Assembly: GCA_002269645.1 (NCBI GenBank)
Contig: NIVC01000666.1
Location: 186,001-250,000 of the forward strand
Direction of reading: 5' to 3'
From: Macrostomum lignano
Lineage: Eukaryota
DNA: 64,000 bases
The first letter of the stretch is position 1. Every line of letters starts with the position of its first letter. A model generated the notes under the pieces. It had not been told where the DNA came from and searched no databases. It saw nothing but the letters and a program-made list of their open reading frames with translations. The translations under genes were made by a program, and so were the position numbers. Shown in pieces: positions 24,628 through 46,417 of the stretch.

Positions 24628-24983
24628 GGGGCTTAGCCTAGTGGTCTGGCGCGGGAAGCCAGCGGCCCAGGCTCGATTCCAAGTGCAGTCACATTAATCT
24701 GGGGCTAAATTGGAATCTCGGCTTGGCTCTGCTCGTGCAATTAATGGCCTTGATGGACAACCCCCAAGGCACAGTGAAGTGTACATGCCTAACGATAAAT
24801 AAAGTCAGGGCCGCTGTGCACTCCTGTGTGAGTGTGTGCCTGTGCGTATGACTGCGTACGTATCCGCGCGCTTGTGTGCCTGCTCAGGGGAGTCGGCGGA
24901 ATGGGCAGCAACGCCTCTCGCCGGTTGTGTGACAATGTCGCTTAAAGTGCGCCAGGGTGCACACAGCCCCGGCCTCTAAAAAA
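24628..24983 (+). mobile_element. tRNA-derived SINE, copy 1
   Basis: GGGG start, A-box-like TAGCCTAGTGG, B-box-like GGCTCGATTCC, A-rich end, possible TSD AATCTGA; a homologous copy lies at 37135-37494 in reverse. Confidence 0.8.
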
Positions 24984-25225
24984 GATTAATCTGAAACTTG
25001 CAGGCTCCATATTTCTGTTACATTGCAACCCGCCGTGGACAACAAATCCAGTTTTATAGCACTAGACAAGACAGCAGCAGAGCCATCAATCAAATTATAA
25101 ATTCTGACAAAGTTCAAGAGATTCGCTAAACGCGTACGTACCAGACAGGACTAAAAGCGCAGCGCATTAACTGTTATCCAGAAAGAGTAAATTGTTAATA
25201 TCAATGTCTTAGCTAGACCTTTCGA

Positions 25226-25405
25226 TCAAGCCTCAGCTGCCGGTTGCGAGGCAAAGTACACGAAGACAATAACGAAGAGAACGATGAGCACCAGGGTGGG
25301 CAGCACAATGGTCACCACCTGGTTCGGCAGCGTGGCCTGGTCCCGCCGCTTCTCCTCCCGATCGTGACGGGTGCGCTTCTTGGGGATGGACTTGTACCGC
25401 TTCAT
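25226..25405 (-). CDS. SMCO4: Single-pass membrane and coiled-coil domain protein 4, 59 aa
   Basis: MKRYKSIPKKRTRHDREEKRRDQATLPNQVVTIVLPTLVLIVLFVIVFVYFASQP matches the basic N-terminus plus VLPTL..V...IVVFVY helix of SMCO4; acceptor TTGCAG| 2 nt before the ATG. Confidence 0.85.
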   Translation of the reverse strand: MKRYKSIPKKRTRHDREEKRRDQATLPNQVVTIVLPTLVLIVLFVIVFVYFASQPAAEA

Positions 25406-25494
25406 GTCTGCAATGGGTGGTTGTGTGCGCACTGCACTACTGACCTGATTGCAGCGAGTAGGGTGGTTTGAAAGCTGACAGGAAAATGGGAGGG

Positions 25495-26605
25495 CAGCGG
25501 TGGCCAGCAGCTGACTCTGGGAGGCTGGACCAGAAGATGACTCTGGGAGGCTGGACCAGCAGCTGACTCTGGGAGGCTGGACCAGCAGATGACTCTGGGA
25601 GGCTGGACCAGCAGTGGCCAGCAACTGACTCTGGGAGGCTGGACCAGCAGCTGACTCTGGGAGGCTGGACCAGCAGATGACTCTGGGAGGCTGGACCAGC
25701 AACCGAGATCTGGGATACTGGCCCAGCAACTGACTCTGAGAGGCTGGACCAGCAGCTGACTCTGGGAGGCTGGACCAGCAGTGGCCAGCAACTGACTCTG
25801 GGAGGCTGGACCAGCAGCTGACTCTGGGAGGCTGGACCAGCAGCTGACTCTGGGAGGCTGGACCAGAAGATGACTCTGGGAGGCTGGACCAGCAGCTGAC
25901 TCTGGGAGGCTGGACCAGCAGATGACTCTGGGAGGCTGGACCAGCAGTGGCCAGCAACTGACTCTGGGAGGCTGGACCAGCAGCTGACTCTGGGAGGCTG
26001 GACCAGCAGATGACTCTGGGAGGCTGGACCAGCAACCGAGATCTGGGATACTGGCCCAGCAACTGACTCTGAGAGGCTGGACCAGCAGCTGACTCTGGGA
26101 GGCTGGACCAGCAGTGGCCAGCAACTGACTCTGGGAGGCTGGACCAGCAGCTGACTCTGGGAGGCTGGACCAGCAGTGGCCAGCAACTGACTCTGGGAGG
26201 CTGGACCAGCAGCTGACTCTGGGAGGCTGGACCAGCAGCTGACTCTGGGAGGCTGGACCAACAGATGACTCTGGGAGGCTGGACCAGCAACCGAGATCTG
26301 GGATACTGGCCCAGCAACTGACTCTGAGAGGCTGGACCAGCAACTGAGGATCTGGGAGGCTGGCCCAGCAACTGAGGATCTGGGAGGCTGACCCAGCAAC
26401 TGAGGATCTGGGAGGCTGGCCGAGTAACTGAGGATCTGGGAGGCTGGCCCAGCAACTGAGGATCTGGGAGGCTGGCCCAGCAACTGAGGATCTGGGAGGC
26501 TGGCCCAGCAACTGAGGATCTGGGAGGCTGGCCCAGCAACTGAGGATCTGGGAGGCTGGCTGCCCAACTGAGGATCTGGGAGACTGGCTCAGCAACTGAG
26601 GATAT
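25495..26605. repeat. 26/28-bp minisatellite (CTGGGAGGCTGG(A/C)CCAGCA(G/A)CTGA...) with a 333-bp higher-order duplication
   Basis: Read directly; marker variants recur at 25531/25864 and 25701/26034. Confidence 0.95.
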
Positions 26606-27064
26606 GGCAAGGTTCTCCCGTCTACTATAATATATATATCAGTAAGTCAATTCTGGCTTACATGTTGAAAATTGTTTAATCAGTCAAATGTTTTTGCTAA
26701 AGACAAGCAGATAATATCGATGCGAAGATGTTTATTTCAAATCAAAATGACTGCGCTATGAGTGACAAGAATATGCATTACTGAGGACATGGTGGAGCAG
26801 AACAGGATACTTCGCAACCAGCAAACTAATATTCTAATTTAGAATACTTTCTATTGCTGCAAAATTAACTGGTGGATTTTACGATAAAAAATGCCTCACA
26901 TTTGAGAGTACTACTAATGCTTCAGTAGGCACAGGCGAACAAATAGACTGGCAGACAAATACTGGCAAACTGGCAGTGATGGACATAGCAAATAGTGCTG
27001 CTAAACTCTTAACTGAGAGTCAACTACGAGTATTTTAAGCACAATAGAGCATTGCTAGAAGGAC

Positions 27065-27295
27065 TAAGCCTGAGTATCTGGGAGGGCGGCAGCTTTCAGC
27101 TCAGGAGCTGGGAGTGTGGAATCCTCCAACTGAGGATCTGAGAGTGTGGAATCCTCCAAATGAGGATCTGGGAGGGTGGCAACTTCCAACTGAGGATCTG
27201 GGAGTGTAGCAGCTTCCAACTGAGGATCTGTGAGTGTGAAATCCTCCAACTGAGGATCTGGGATGGTGGCAACTTCCAACCGAGGATCTGGGAAA
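27065..27295. repeat. Diverged copies of the same CAACTGAGGATCTGGGA minisatellite
   Basis: Read directly. Confidence 0.85.
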
Positions 27296-27379
27296 GATGC
27301 ATCGCCTACCTCCCTGAGAGCGAAGCAGCACTAAGAACACAATAAAGGCCAGCACAGACGGAGAGAGAACTGACGCCCG

Positions 27380-28739
27380 TCACTCCGATGGACCGCACGC
27401 CAGCACCAGGTCGGCCACGGTGCGGGCAGCGGCAGGGCAGGTCGGGCAGGAGTAGGGCAGGCTGGCAGCCAGGCAGAAGTAGCAGCAGGGTCCGCAGCGG
27501 CAGTCGCTGCTGCACAGAGTGGGCAGACAGGCCTCCTGACCGCACAGCCTGCAGCCGCCTGGACTACCGGAAGCGGCACCAGACGAGCCGTCACAGTCGT
27601 AGCCGCGTCTACCGGAAATGAATCGGCGAGCATCGGCAATGGCGCCGGCGGCGGCGTCGGCCAACTCGGCGAAGCTGTGCCAGACCAGCTCCCGATCGAC
27701 GAATGCGAATGCCGCAGGCTGGTACAACCTGGGCGGACCCGGCGGGTGGCCCCAGCGGGCGCCCAGCAACCGGTGGACCAGGCTGACCCGGCGGCCGTGC
27801 CGCATGAAGGCCAGGAGGTTGGCCAGCTCCAGCAGGCTCAGTGCACCGAATAGAGCTGAGACTAGCGAGACGCTGGCGGCACCGCTGCTGCTGCCGCGTG
27901 CATTCTGAACAGGTTTGAATGCCACATTTAAAGTACATTTGAGAAATGGAGGCCACCATATCCGAAATCTACAAGCAAAGAATAGAATCCACACCCCGAG
28001 GGCTGCGGGCACCCTAACGCAATGCCCTTCGACGACATTGAACCACATCAAGCACTGACTCCTGAGCACAATCCAACAAACTACTCTGAACAAAGACTGG
28101 AGACTCACGGCCAGGTTTTGAGCACAATCCAACAAACTACTCTGAACAAAGACTGGAGACTCACGGCCAGGTTTTGAGCACAATCCAACAAACTGCTCTG
28201 AACCAAGTCTGGAGACTCACGGCCAGGTTTTGAGCACAATCCAACAAACTGCTCTGAACCAAGTCTGGAGACTCACGGCCAGGTTTTGAGCACAATCCAA
28301 CAAACTACTCTGAACCAAGTCTGGAGACTCACGGCCAGGTTTTGAGCACAATCCAACAAACTACTCTGAACAAAGACTGGAGACTCACGGCCTGCCTCAG
28401 CCTCAACCAGTCCCGCCAGTAGCCAACCAGACACAGGGCTGTCAAGAATTTCAACCGAGTCGCGTAGCCACCAGCTGCTCCGGCCGTCAGCAGTTCCAGT
28501 CCGTAAAGTTTTGCGCCAAAAGTTGCGGCAGGCCCGCTGGTGCCACACAGCATGGCGCCACATAGCAGGAATCGAACTGCTGACCTCAGCTCGACAGACC
28601 AATCGGAAACTAATGGCTGCACCAGGCTTAGGGCGTCCAGAATCCGGTCAGCCAGCAGGGCTGTCATGTCCTCATCAAGGTCATCGGCCTCCAGCTGGCT
28701 GACACGCAGCGCCTGCACTGTGGCTGGTTCAGTGGCAGC
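27380..28739 (-). CDS. PEX2: Peroxisome biogenesis factor 2 (RING peroxin), about 292 aa; complement(join(27380..27904,28389..28739)); start codon not found in the genomic frame
   Basis: ALRVSQLEADDLD, ATFGAKLYGL, LLELANLLAFMRHG..SLVHRLLG, AFVDRELVWHSFAE and RING CRLC...CCYFC...CPTC match PEX2; junction GCC|GTGAGT...TGTTCAG|AAT is phase 0. Confidence 0.88.
28050..28388 (-). repeat. 56-bp minisatellite in the PEX2 intron; each unit carries a copy of the 5' splice site
   Basis: ACTCAC (GTGAGT on minus) at 28103, 28159, 28215, 28271, 28327, 28383. Confidence 0.92.
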
Positions 28740-28884
28740 CTGGAGAGTTAGATAGCAAGTACAAAAACAGGAAAAATTGAATGCTACAAATATTTCAGTG
28801 GCCTAATCTTAAGCTTATATGCTTATGCACTATTCAATTGCAATATTGTAGCAATAGCATAGTGTGTTATTCCATCTAGATACA

Positions 28885-30958
28885 TACATGCGCAACCTTG
28901 GGAATCTCACGTGATCACTGCTCTCACGTGACTGCTCTCAGCCAATAGCGACTTACATGTGTGTGTTGCCAATAGAAACGGCCGGGTGAATCCCTAGGTT
29001 GCGCCCAAGCATGTCTAGATAGGTAATTTTTATCATAAGCATAAACATGTATTTAGGCCAACTTTGTCTAATAAGTCTAATTTAAACCCTTGACAATAAG
29101 TGAAATAACAGTGTATAAAAGTTATACATGTGCAACACCTGGCTGGCTAGTGAGGGACCCAGCCGAGGTAAGTTGCAAAAATGCCCACCCAAAAATTTAG
29201 TCATAGTTACTCTTGCTGTTTACCCAAAGTTATATTAGTTTTTGCTTAGGTTTCTTTCATAGGTAAGTCACATTTTTGGTCAAAAAGTAAGTTGCATGGC
29301 TGGTATAAATTAGAGGGGGGTTGTAATAAGAGCCATAGTCCAGATCATGCTGGGTGCATGCCCAAACAAAAATTAAATAATAATAAATTCATGCCAAAAA
29401 AATTGAGTGCATGCCCATTCTCAGAACTATGCCAGTTTTGCAACAATATATGACCTTTTTAATTGCGCAATAGATCCTATTTGGCACATAATTTAGTTAA
29501 TTTTAATGCTTTTTTGGCGATACTATTTATAGCAGAAAATGAAAACTTTATTACACTTTATTACGAGGTTTAAGAAAACCATAAATTTTGAAATATATAC
29601 TTAAAAATGAACTTTTTCTATCTTTTTATCTATTTCACAATGACTCTTCTGCGTGATTCTATAAAGTGCATGCTAGGTGTGCACCATACTATTTTCTTAG
29701 GAGTAATGCATGCCAACTGTGCACGCCTACTTTTGGTATGCAAGGCCAATATATGCCCAAATTTTTGGCCCATTCAGGCATATACTACAATTACATGATC
29801 CAGAGTATAGAACAAGAGTGACAATAATTAACAATAAAATCAATTTCTAAACCATATCAAAGAAGCTGGCAATGGATGCCACATTTAAAAACTCTTTGTC
29901 TATTGGCACTTGAAATACTACAAGACATTAAGCAAGAGCTCAAAGTTGACTATCCAACCACAAAGTATTTTATTTTTTTATTTTATAAGCTTTTGACAAG
30001 TTATATTTTTGATAAAATAAGGAAGTTTAAAAGTAAATAGCATGTTTCTGAGAAGCACTTTGCTCTGAAAACAAATCTTGAAAAAATTAAATATATGTGG
30101 TAGTTGGAATTACCACTATGAAACTAATAATTTCATTTTTTATAAAAACATTTCATGGACTTTTGATTTATGTTTGCCCTAATTTCAGGTCCTACTTGTC
30201 CACCCCCTGGCGCAAGCTATGACGTAATTTTTGCCCTTTTTCTGATTTAACTGTCCTATTTTCTGGTTTTGTATGCCCCTTTTCTAGATATTTAGTTTTT
30301 TTCTATGCTCTTCTATGGAGTTTTTCTTTTGCCACATTTTGGGCCCTGGTGTTCTTGCCCCTTCCCATTTTCTAAGCTACATTGGCCACTTTTTGCTTTG
30401 CATTTTGGTATATATATAACTCCGCCCTCTGCTCCTGTCTCGAACCCCAAACACGGACCTCTCTCTTCCTCTTCCTCCTCTACCCTTTCTTTCCCTTAAC
30501 TCAAACAACTTTATATTGCTAACTTAAATTCTTTTTAATCTGTGCTCAACCAGCTGTGACTTAAGTTTTAATTAGTTTAGAGCCCGCACTGTGGCACCCC
30601 TATTCATTTGATTGTCGAGTTGACTCTCTTGTGTACAAAATAATAACTTTGTTGGACACCAATAAACATACATGCGCAACAGTTGGCCGAGTTGGCCGAT
30701 TTGGCCAACCAATTTGGCAGCCAACCAAGGAAGTTGCAAAAATGCCCACCTAAAATACCCTAGTAGTAGTACTAATTAGCTGACGAGGCATTTTGACTAA
30801 ATAGGACAGTCATAGTTACTCTTGCCGTTTACCCAAAGTTGCATTAATTTTGATTAATGGTTTTCTTACATGTAAGTTGCATTTTTGGCCAAAAACTATG
30901 TCGCATTTTGTTACAACTAAGTCGCATGGCTGACCGAATTTTGCAGGTTGCACATGTA
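28885..30958. mobile_element. Cluster of related MITE-like elements with TACATG(C/T)GCAAC ends
   Basis: End motif at 28885, 29125, 30669 and inverted at 30947-30958; internal blocks AAGTTGCAAAAATGCCCACC and GTCATAGTTACTCTTGC.GTTTACCCAAAGTT are shared between 29.2 kb and 30.7-30.8 kb. Confidence 0.6.
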
Positions 30959-32561
30959 TGCCAATAAATAAGCAACAACTTTGTTTCTTTGGTGTATTAT
31001 TGGAATTAAGAGCCATAGTTTAACTTAAGTCTTTTGCCCATAGGGCATAAAATAACCCTGTCTTAACTTAAAGAAAGCTCTGAGACTTCAACATTCCATA
31101 ATATGCAAATTACGGTGGTGGCAGCGCTACTCTACTGTTAGTAACAAGACAAACATATGAGGTACATTAATTTGGTGTCTGAGGACTCACATCTGAATGC
31201 TTGCACCAAACTAGGACCACTCACCTACAACTAAAACTACCCTCCCTGGAATTGAGGACCTTGGCAGCCAGAGTACCAGGAGAAATTTCATTGAGATTTG
31301 TCAATGCGATTTTCTAGATCTAATACATGCAAAATCAATGTTGGCGGCAATTCAAAATTAAACCACCCCACAGTTGGTGTTAGCTAATGTCAAGTTGAGT
31401 TCAAATTATATTTCCATTTCTCTACACATACCTCATATACATCTTTTTCTTAGAAACACCTTACTTTAAACAAGACAAGTAGCATACTTCCTTTTTAAAA
31501 TTGATCTATTTAAGCAAGGCATCAAATTACAAGTGACCAATCTAGAGATTTAATTCAGTTTAAATGTGAAATAATACACACATTATTTGTCACCAAAATG
31601 GATGTTAGGCCTACCAAACTGACTATCACCAAAGTAGGATTACCATAATTCTTGCCTAAAACGAAAAGACAAAATACATCAAGGCAAAGCGTGGCTAGTA
31701 GGCCTAGGCCTAGCTTGCTTAGGCATTTAGCTTCCTGCCTTAGAAGGCAAAGGCTTTAATGTCAATAAATAATTAAAAGACAAACTTAATCCAAATCACC
31801 CAACATTAGTATTTAATAAACAAAAAATAGTGCCATTTGGTATCCTATGTCAATGCCAAATTGAAAAGTAGAATGCTAGCTAAAAACAGTCAAAATTTTT
31901 ATTAAGTTGTCTCTATACGAAAGTACAAAACTGGTTCTATGACTAGGACTATAATAGCATTATTTGCATTTATAAAAAAGAAGCATTCTGGTGTCATAGG
32001 GTCTAAATTTATACACAGAAATAATGACTAGTGGCACAGTGTCAGTCACATCTGCCATCAAGATACAAATACAAATTACAAGAGGAGGTCGCGCACACTA
32101 ACTAACTAGATTAATTTAAAGTGTGACGTCGAAGTTAGTGTTAAAATGGTGCGTTTTTTGTAAGTACCTTTGCAAAAAACACACCCTTAAAAGTTAAAAG
32201 TTGTAACAACATCCTCAAGCCGAGTTTAGTTGATTTTTAAAGAAAGATCGATGACTAAGTGTTTAATATTTTTTGTTAACTTTTACAATGTCCGCGAAAA
32301 CTTAACTTTCTAAGAATAATACAATTTTCGTGTCGAAACCGGCTATTTTTGTAGTCTGTCTGCTGTAGTTAGTTTCGGTATTTGAGGAGTAGAGATCTTA
32401 TCCAACGGCCCTCCTTTGTAAGAAGCTCAGCTACAACCACCTGTTAATCTTTTAGACTGACGCACAAACTTCAGTCTTCTATTCAGCAAATTAGGCCCCT
32501 ACTAGGCCCCTACTATCTCATAGTATCTCATATAATAACTAAACTAAACTCAAAACTAAAG

Positions 32562-40091
<7,530 letters not shown>

Positions 40092-40224
40092 TCTTGGAAT
40101 TTTGGTTTTATCGATTTAAACTTTTTTCTGCTTGCGTTGTCATGGTGAACAGACTTTTGCGTTAAGCTTTAGTTTTGAATGAGTCGCATCTTTGTATGCA
40201 ATTCCGTATTCACGTTGCTTTGTA

Positions 40225-41175
40225 ATGGGTGAGATTTGAGGTCTGACATCTATCTCATGGGTGAGATTTGAGATTTGACATCTATCTCATGGGTGAGATT
40301 TGAGATCTGACATCTATCTCATGGGTGAGATTTGAGATCTGACATCTATCTCATGGGTGAGATTTGAGATTTGACATCTATCTCATGGGTGAGATTTGAG
40401 ATTTGACATCTATCTCATGGGTGTGATTTGAGATTTGACATCTATCTCATGGGTGAGATTTGAGATTTGACATCTATCTCATGGGTGTGATTTGAGATCT
40501 GACATCTATCTCATGGGTGAGATTTGAGATTTGACATCTATCTCATGGGTGTGATTTGAGATCTGACATCTATCTCATGGGTGAGATTTGAGATCTGACA
40601 TCTCTATCTCATGGGTGATACTCGGGATCTAAAATCTATCTCATGGGTGAGATTATGAATCAGAAATCTATTTTATAGGTAAGATTTGAGATCTGACATC
40701 TATCTCATGGGTGAGATTTGAGATCTGACATCTATCTCATGGGTGAGATTTGAGATCTGACATCTATCTCATGGGTGAGATTTGAGATCTGACATCTATC
40801 TCATGGGTGAGATTTGAGATCTGACATCTATCTCATGGGTGAGATTTGAGATCTGACATCTCTATCTCATGGGTGATACTCGGGATCTAAAATCTATCTC
40901 ATGGGTGAGATTATGAATCAGAAATCTATTTTATAGGTAAGATTTGAGATCTGACATCTATTCCATGGTTGAGATTTAAGATCTGACATCTATCTCGTGG
41001 TTGAGATTTAGGGTCTGACATCTATCTCATGGGTAATACTTGGGATCTGACATCTATATCATGGCTGAGATTTTGAATATGAAATCTATTTTATGGGTGA
41101 GATTTGAGATCTGGCATCTATCTCATGGCTGAAATTTGGGATCTGTTATATATCTCATAGGTGAGATTTAGGGTT
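40225..41175. repeat. 32-bp minisatellite (TGAGATTTGAGATCTGACATCTATCTCATGGG) downstream of ZIP9
   Basis: Read directly. Confidence 0.95.
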
Positions 41176-41524
41176 CGATGATTACTTTCGGGAGCGATAT
41201 TTCATCTCGAGCAGTGTCAGATCATGTCCATTATTTTCGACAGTCGTGCCATAAAAGACATTGGTTGGCTACTCACTGTTTGTCGTTGTTAAATTGAACT
41301 CGCTTATTGTGTTGAAATTCGTGTTTGCACATTATTAACCCCATGAATACTATCCAATTATTTAATTGTTTTTATTGTTTTTGCGTACACGGAGTTAGAG
41401 TCTGTTCTGATGGACCGCTGCACACTCGCACTGTTGCAGTGCCCGTTTTGTACAGCCCTGTTCTCAAATCTTGCTTCCCTTTGCTCATCCACAATACTGG
41501 TATTCACCTATTCTTCCTAGGCCT

Positions 41525-41527
41525 TTG

Positions 41528-41580
<53 letters not shown>

Positions 41581-42825
41581 GGCTGTCCGTCCATCTGCCT
41601 GTCTGCCCCTTAGCTGTAATCACAGATACTAGAATAACTAGATGTGTCACTCGCAATTAAAATTGTGAAAAAGTAGAGCCTCTACTCTTTTTACAGTAGT
41701 TGTCTGCGCTAATGTAATTTAAATTTGATGTAGAAGGTAAAATTCCTTTCCTTCCTTAGGGCTTGCGGCTTCAAGAGCATATAAGATTAAGAATGAACAA
41801 GCATTTGTTAACTCAATGTACACAAATGAACGCAAGACGGACGAAACTCAGCCTAGGGGGGGGGGGGCAGGCCCAATCTAGCTCAGCCAATGAGAGAACA
41901 GTAGAGAGATGTCTGGGCGCCAGCACTAATTCTCTCTTGCTCTCTATGCCAAGCACTGAATTTGGGAATTTTACATTTTTATAGTTCTCTACAGTCTTAA
42001 GTCTTAAATTCGTTTATTTTTGAACCGGTAAAACTCAGCAGAATGCTTATTTAATTAGCCTGCTTGTAGAATTAGGCACAGACAAATTTTGCAGCTTTAA
42101 AAACTTTAAATTTTGTTTAAAAGTAGATAAATTTTAAATTTCACTTTTATAAAGGCAAAAAACGCTAATTTTGCTACTGAAAAAATGAGTAGAGAAACGC
42201 ATTTTTTGCGAGTGACACATCTAGTTATTCTAGTATCTGTGGAGTTTCGCCTTTGCAAAGATATTTACACAACATATCGGTTGCTTGTTGGAGTCCTTAG
42301 TTTTGATTGTAATTTGAAAATTTATTAGCTGTGTGGGAATTTTTATAAAATTTTCCCACAGCCTAATGTCAAAGCGTTGCTTTTGTTAAAGAGTTTGACT
42401 TTCAAATAATATTTATTTTTCAGTTTCTGACTGAAGCATTAATGTGTGTTGTCTTCACATTTGTTTTGAAGTGCTTGATTGCTGTTTTTATTTGCATATT
42501 CGTATAGCTAATTCAATGATGTAGCAATCATACATAATATGGGAACGATGTAGCATTCTATCGTATTTCAGCACTATGCTGCATACTGTATCATATGCTA
42601 TAACTTCGACAATTTTACTAAAAATTTAACAAAGATTGTGAGTCTTCGTTTCGCGGTGTCGTTCTGTCTTCTGCTGGCCTCTTGCTTGTTGCCGCATTTC
42701 GCTATTGGCTTCGGTAGTTTCCTTTGTTCACTTCTTCACCCACCGCATCTGCACCTGCCGCTTTGACACTTCAATTTTGTGTCCGTCTGTGCCTCTTTGT
42801 GTCCCTGTCTGTCTGTCTGTCTGTG

Positions 42826-42890
<65 letters not shown>

Positions 42891-42962
42891 GCCTGTCTGC
42901 CTGTCGGTCTGTCTGTCTGTCTGTCTGTCTGCCTGTCTGCCTGTCTGTCTGTCTGTCTGACT
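41525..42962. repeat. Two (GTCT)n microsatellites (about 41525-41600 and 42805-42962)
   Basis: Read directly. Confidence 0.9.
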
Positions 42963-43469
42963 GTCATGGAAGACCATTTCTTAACCGGCAGGCGTAGCAG
43001 CAGTCGCAGCGCCTCGCCCGCTTCCTAGCTAACTGTAAAATGTATTTGCAGAACAACTATTCCATTCTTATAGCTGTATAAGCTAATTGCTGTCGGTAAA
43101 CTTCAAAGCTTGTTGATAACGTGAATTTAACGCGCAGTTCGTAGAGCTGCTAAGGGGGTCTGCAACTGGGCCACTTGCACTACCTAATGTACAAAATTTT
43201 GCACAATATTTTTATTCATTGGAAAATTGAGTGATTTATGTAGCCATATTGTAAGAATATTCTTGTACCAATGTTAAGGGTCTGCGGACAGTTTTGTTTT
43301 TCTTTCTGGTAAATTGTGCTTTTCGTGTTCCGCGGAGATTCATAAGTTTTCCTAATGGCTTTTTTCTTTTTTTGATTAAAATTTTGGCTACAATAAAACA
43401 GGTTTTAGGGTGGTCTGACCTTCCCAGCATAGGATGGCATTGATTCTGTATTCTAAATCAATGGGATCA

Positions 43470-43835
43470 AGTGACCTCCCTCGCTTGTCATTTAGTAGAT
43501 TAGATTCTATATCGGAGTCAGGTAACCTCCCTCCATAATATCAGATTCTATCTTGGGGGGGTCAAGTGACCTCCCTACATAATATCAGATTTTATACTGG
43601 GGGTCAGGTGACCTCCCTACATAATATCAGATTTTATATTGGGGGTCAGGTGACCTCCCTGCATAGTATCATATTTTATATTGGGGGTCAGGTGACCTCC
43701 CTGCATAGTATCAGATTCTATATTGGAGGGTCAGGTGACCTCCCTTCCCAATATCAGATTTTATCTTGGGGAGGGGTCAAGTGACATCCCTACATTATAT
43801 CAGATTCTATATTGGGGGATCAGGTGACCTCCCTA
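43470..43835. repeat. About 42-bp minisatellite containing GGTCA-GG-TGACC, upstream of the SLC25 gene
   Basis: Read directly. Confidence 0.88.
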
Positions 43836-43962
43836 GAACAAAGCCAGGGGATTAGGTAAGCCTAGCAGCAAGGTACAGCCCAATTTTTTTCCTTTGAGTG
43901 AAACCAGTCAAACTAGGAAAACCCGTTGACAACTACCGGCATGTTACCATGGCAACCCGCAG

Positions 43963-46417
<2,455 letters not shown>

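Noticed and set aside
28500-28510. Spliced-leader RNA gene (CCGTAAAG)
   Set aside because: Short match lying antisense inside a PEX2 exon; no donor or Sm site follows.
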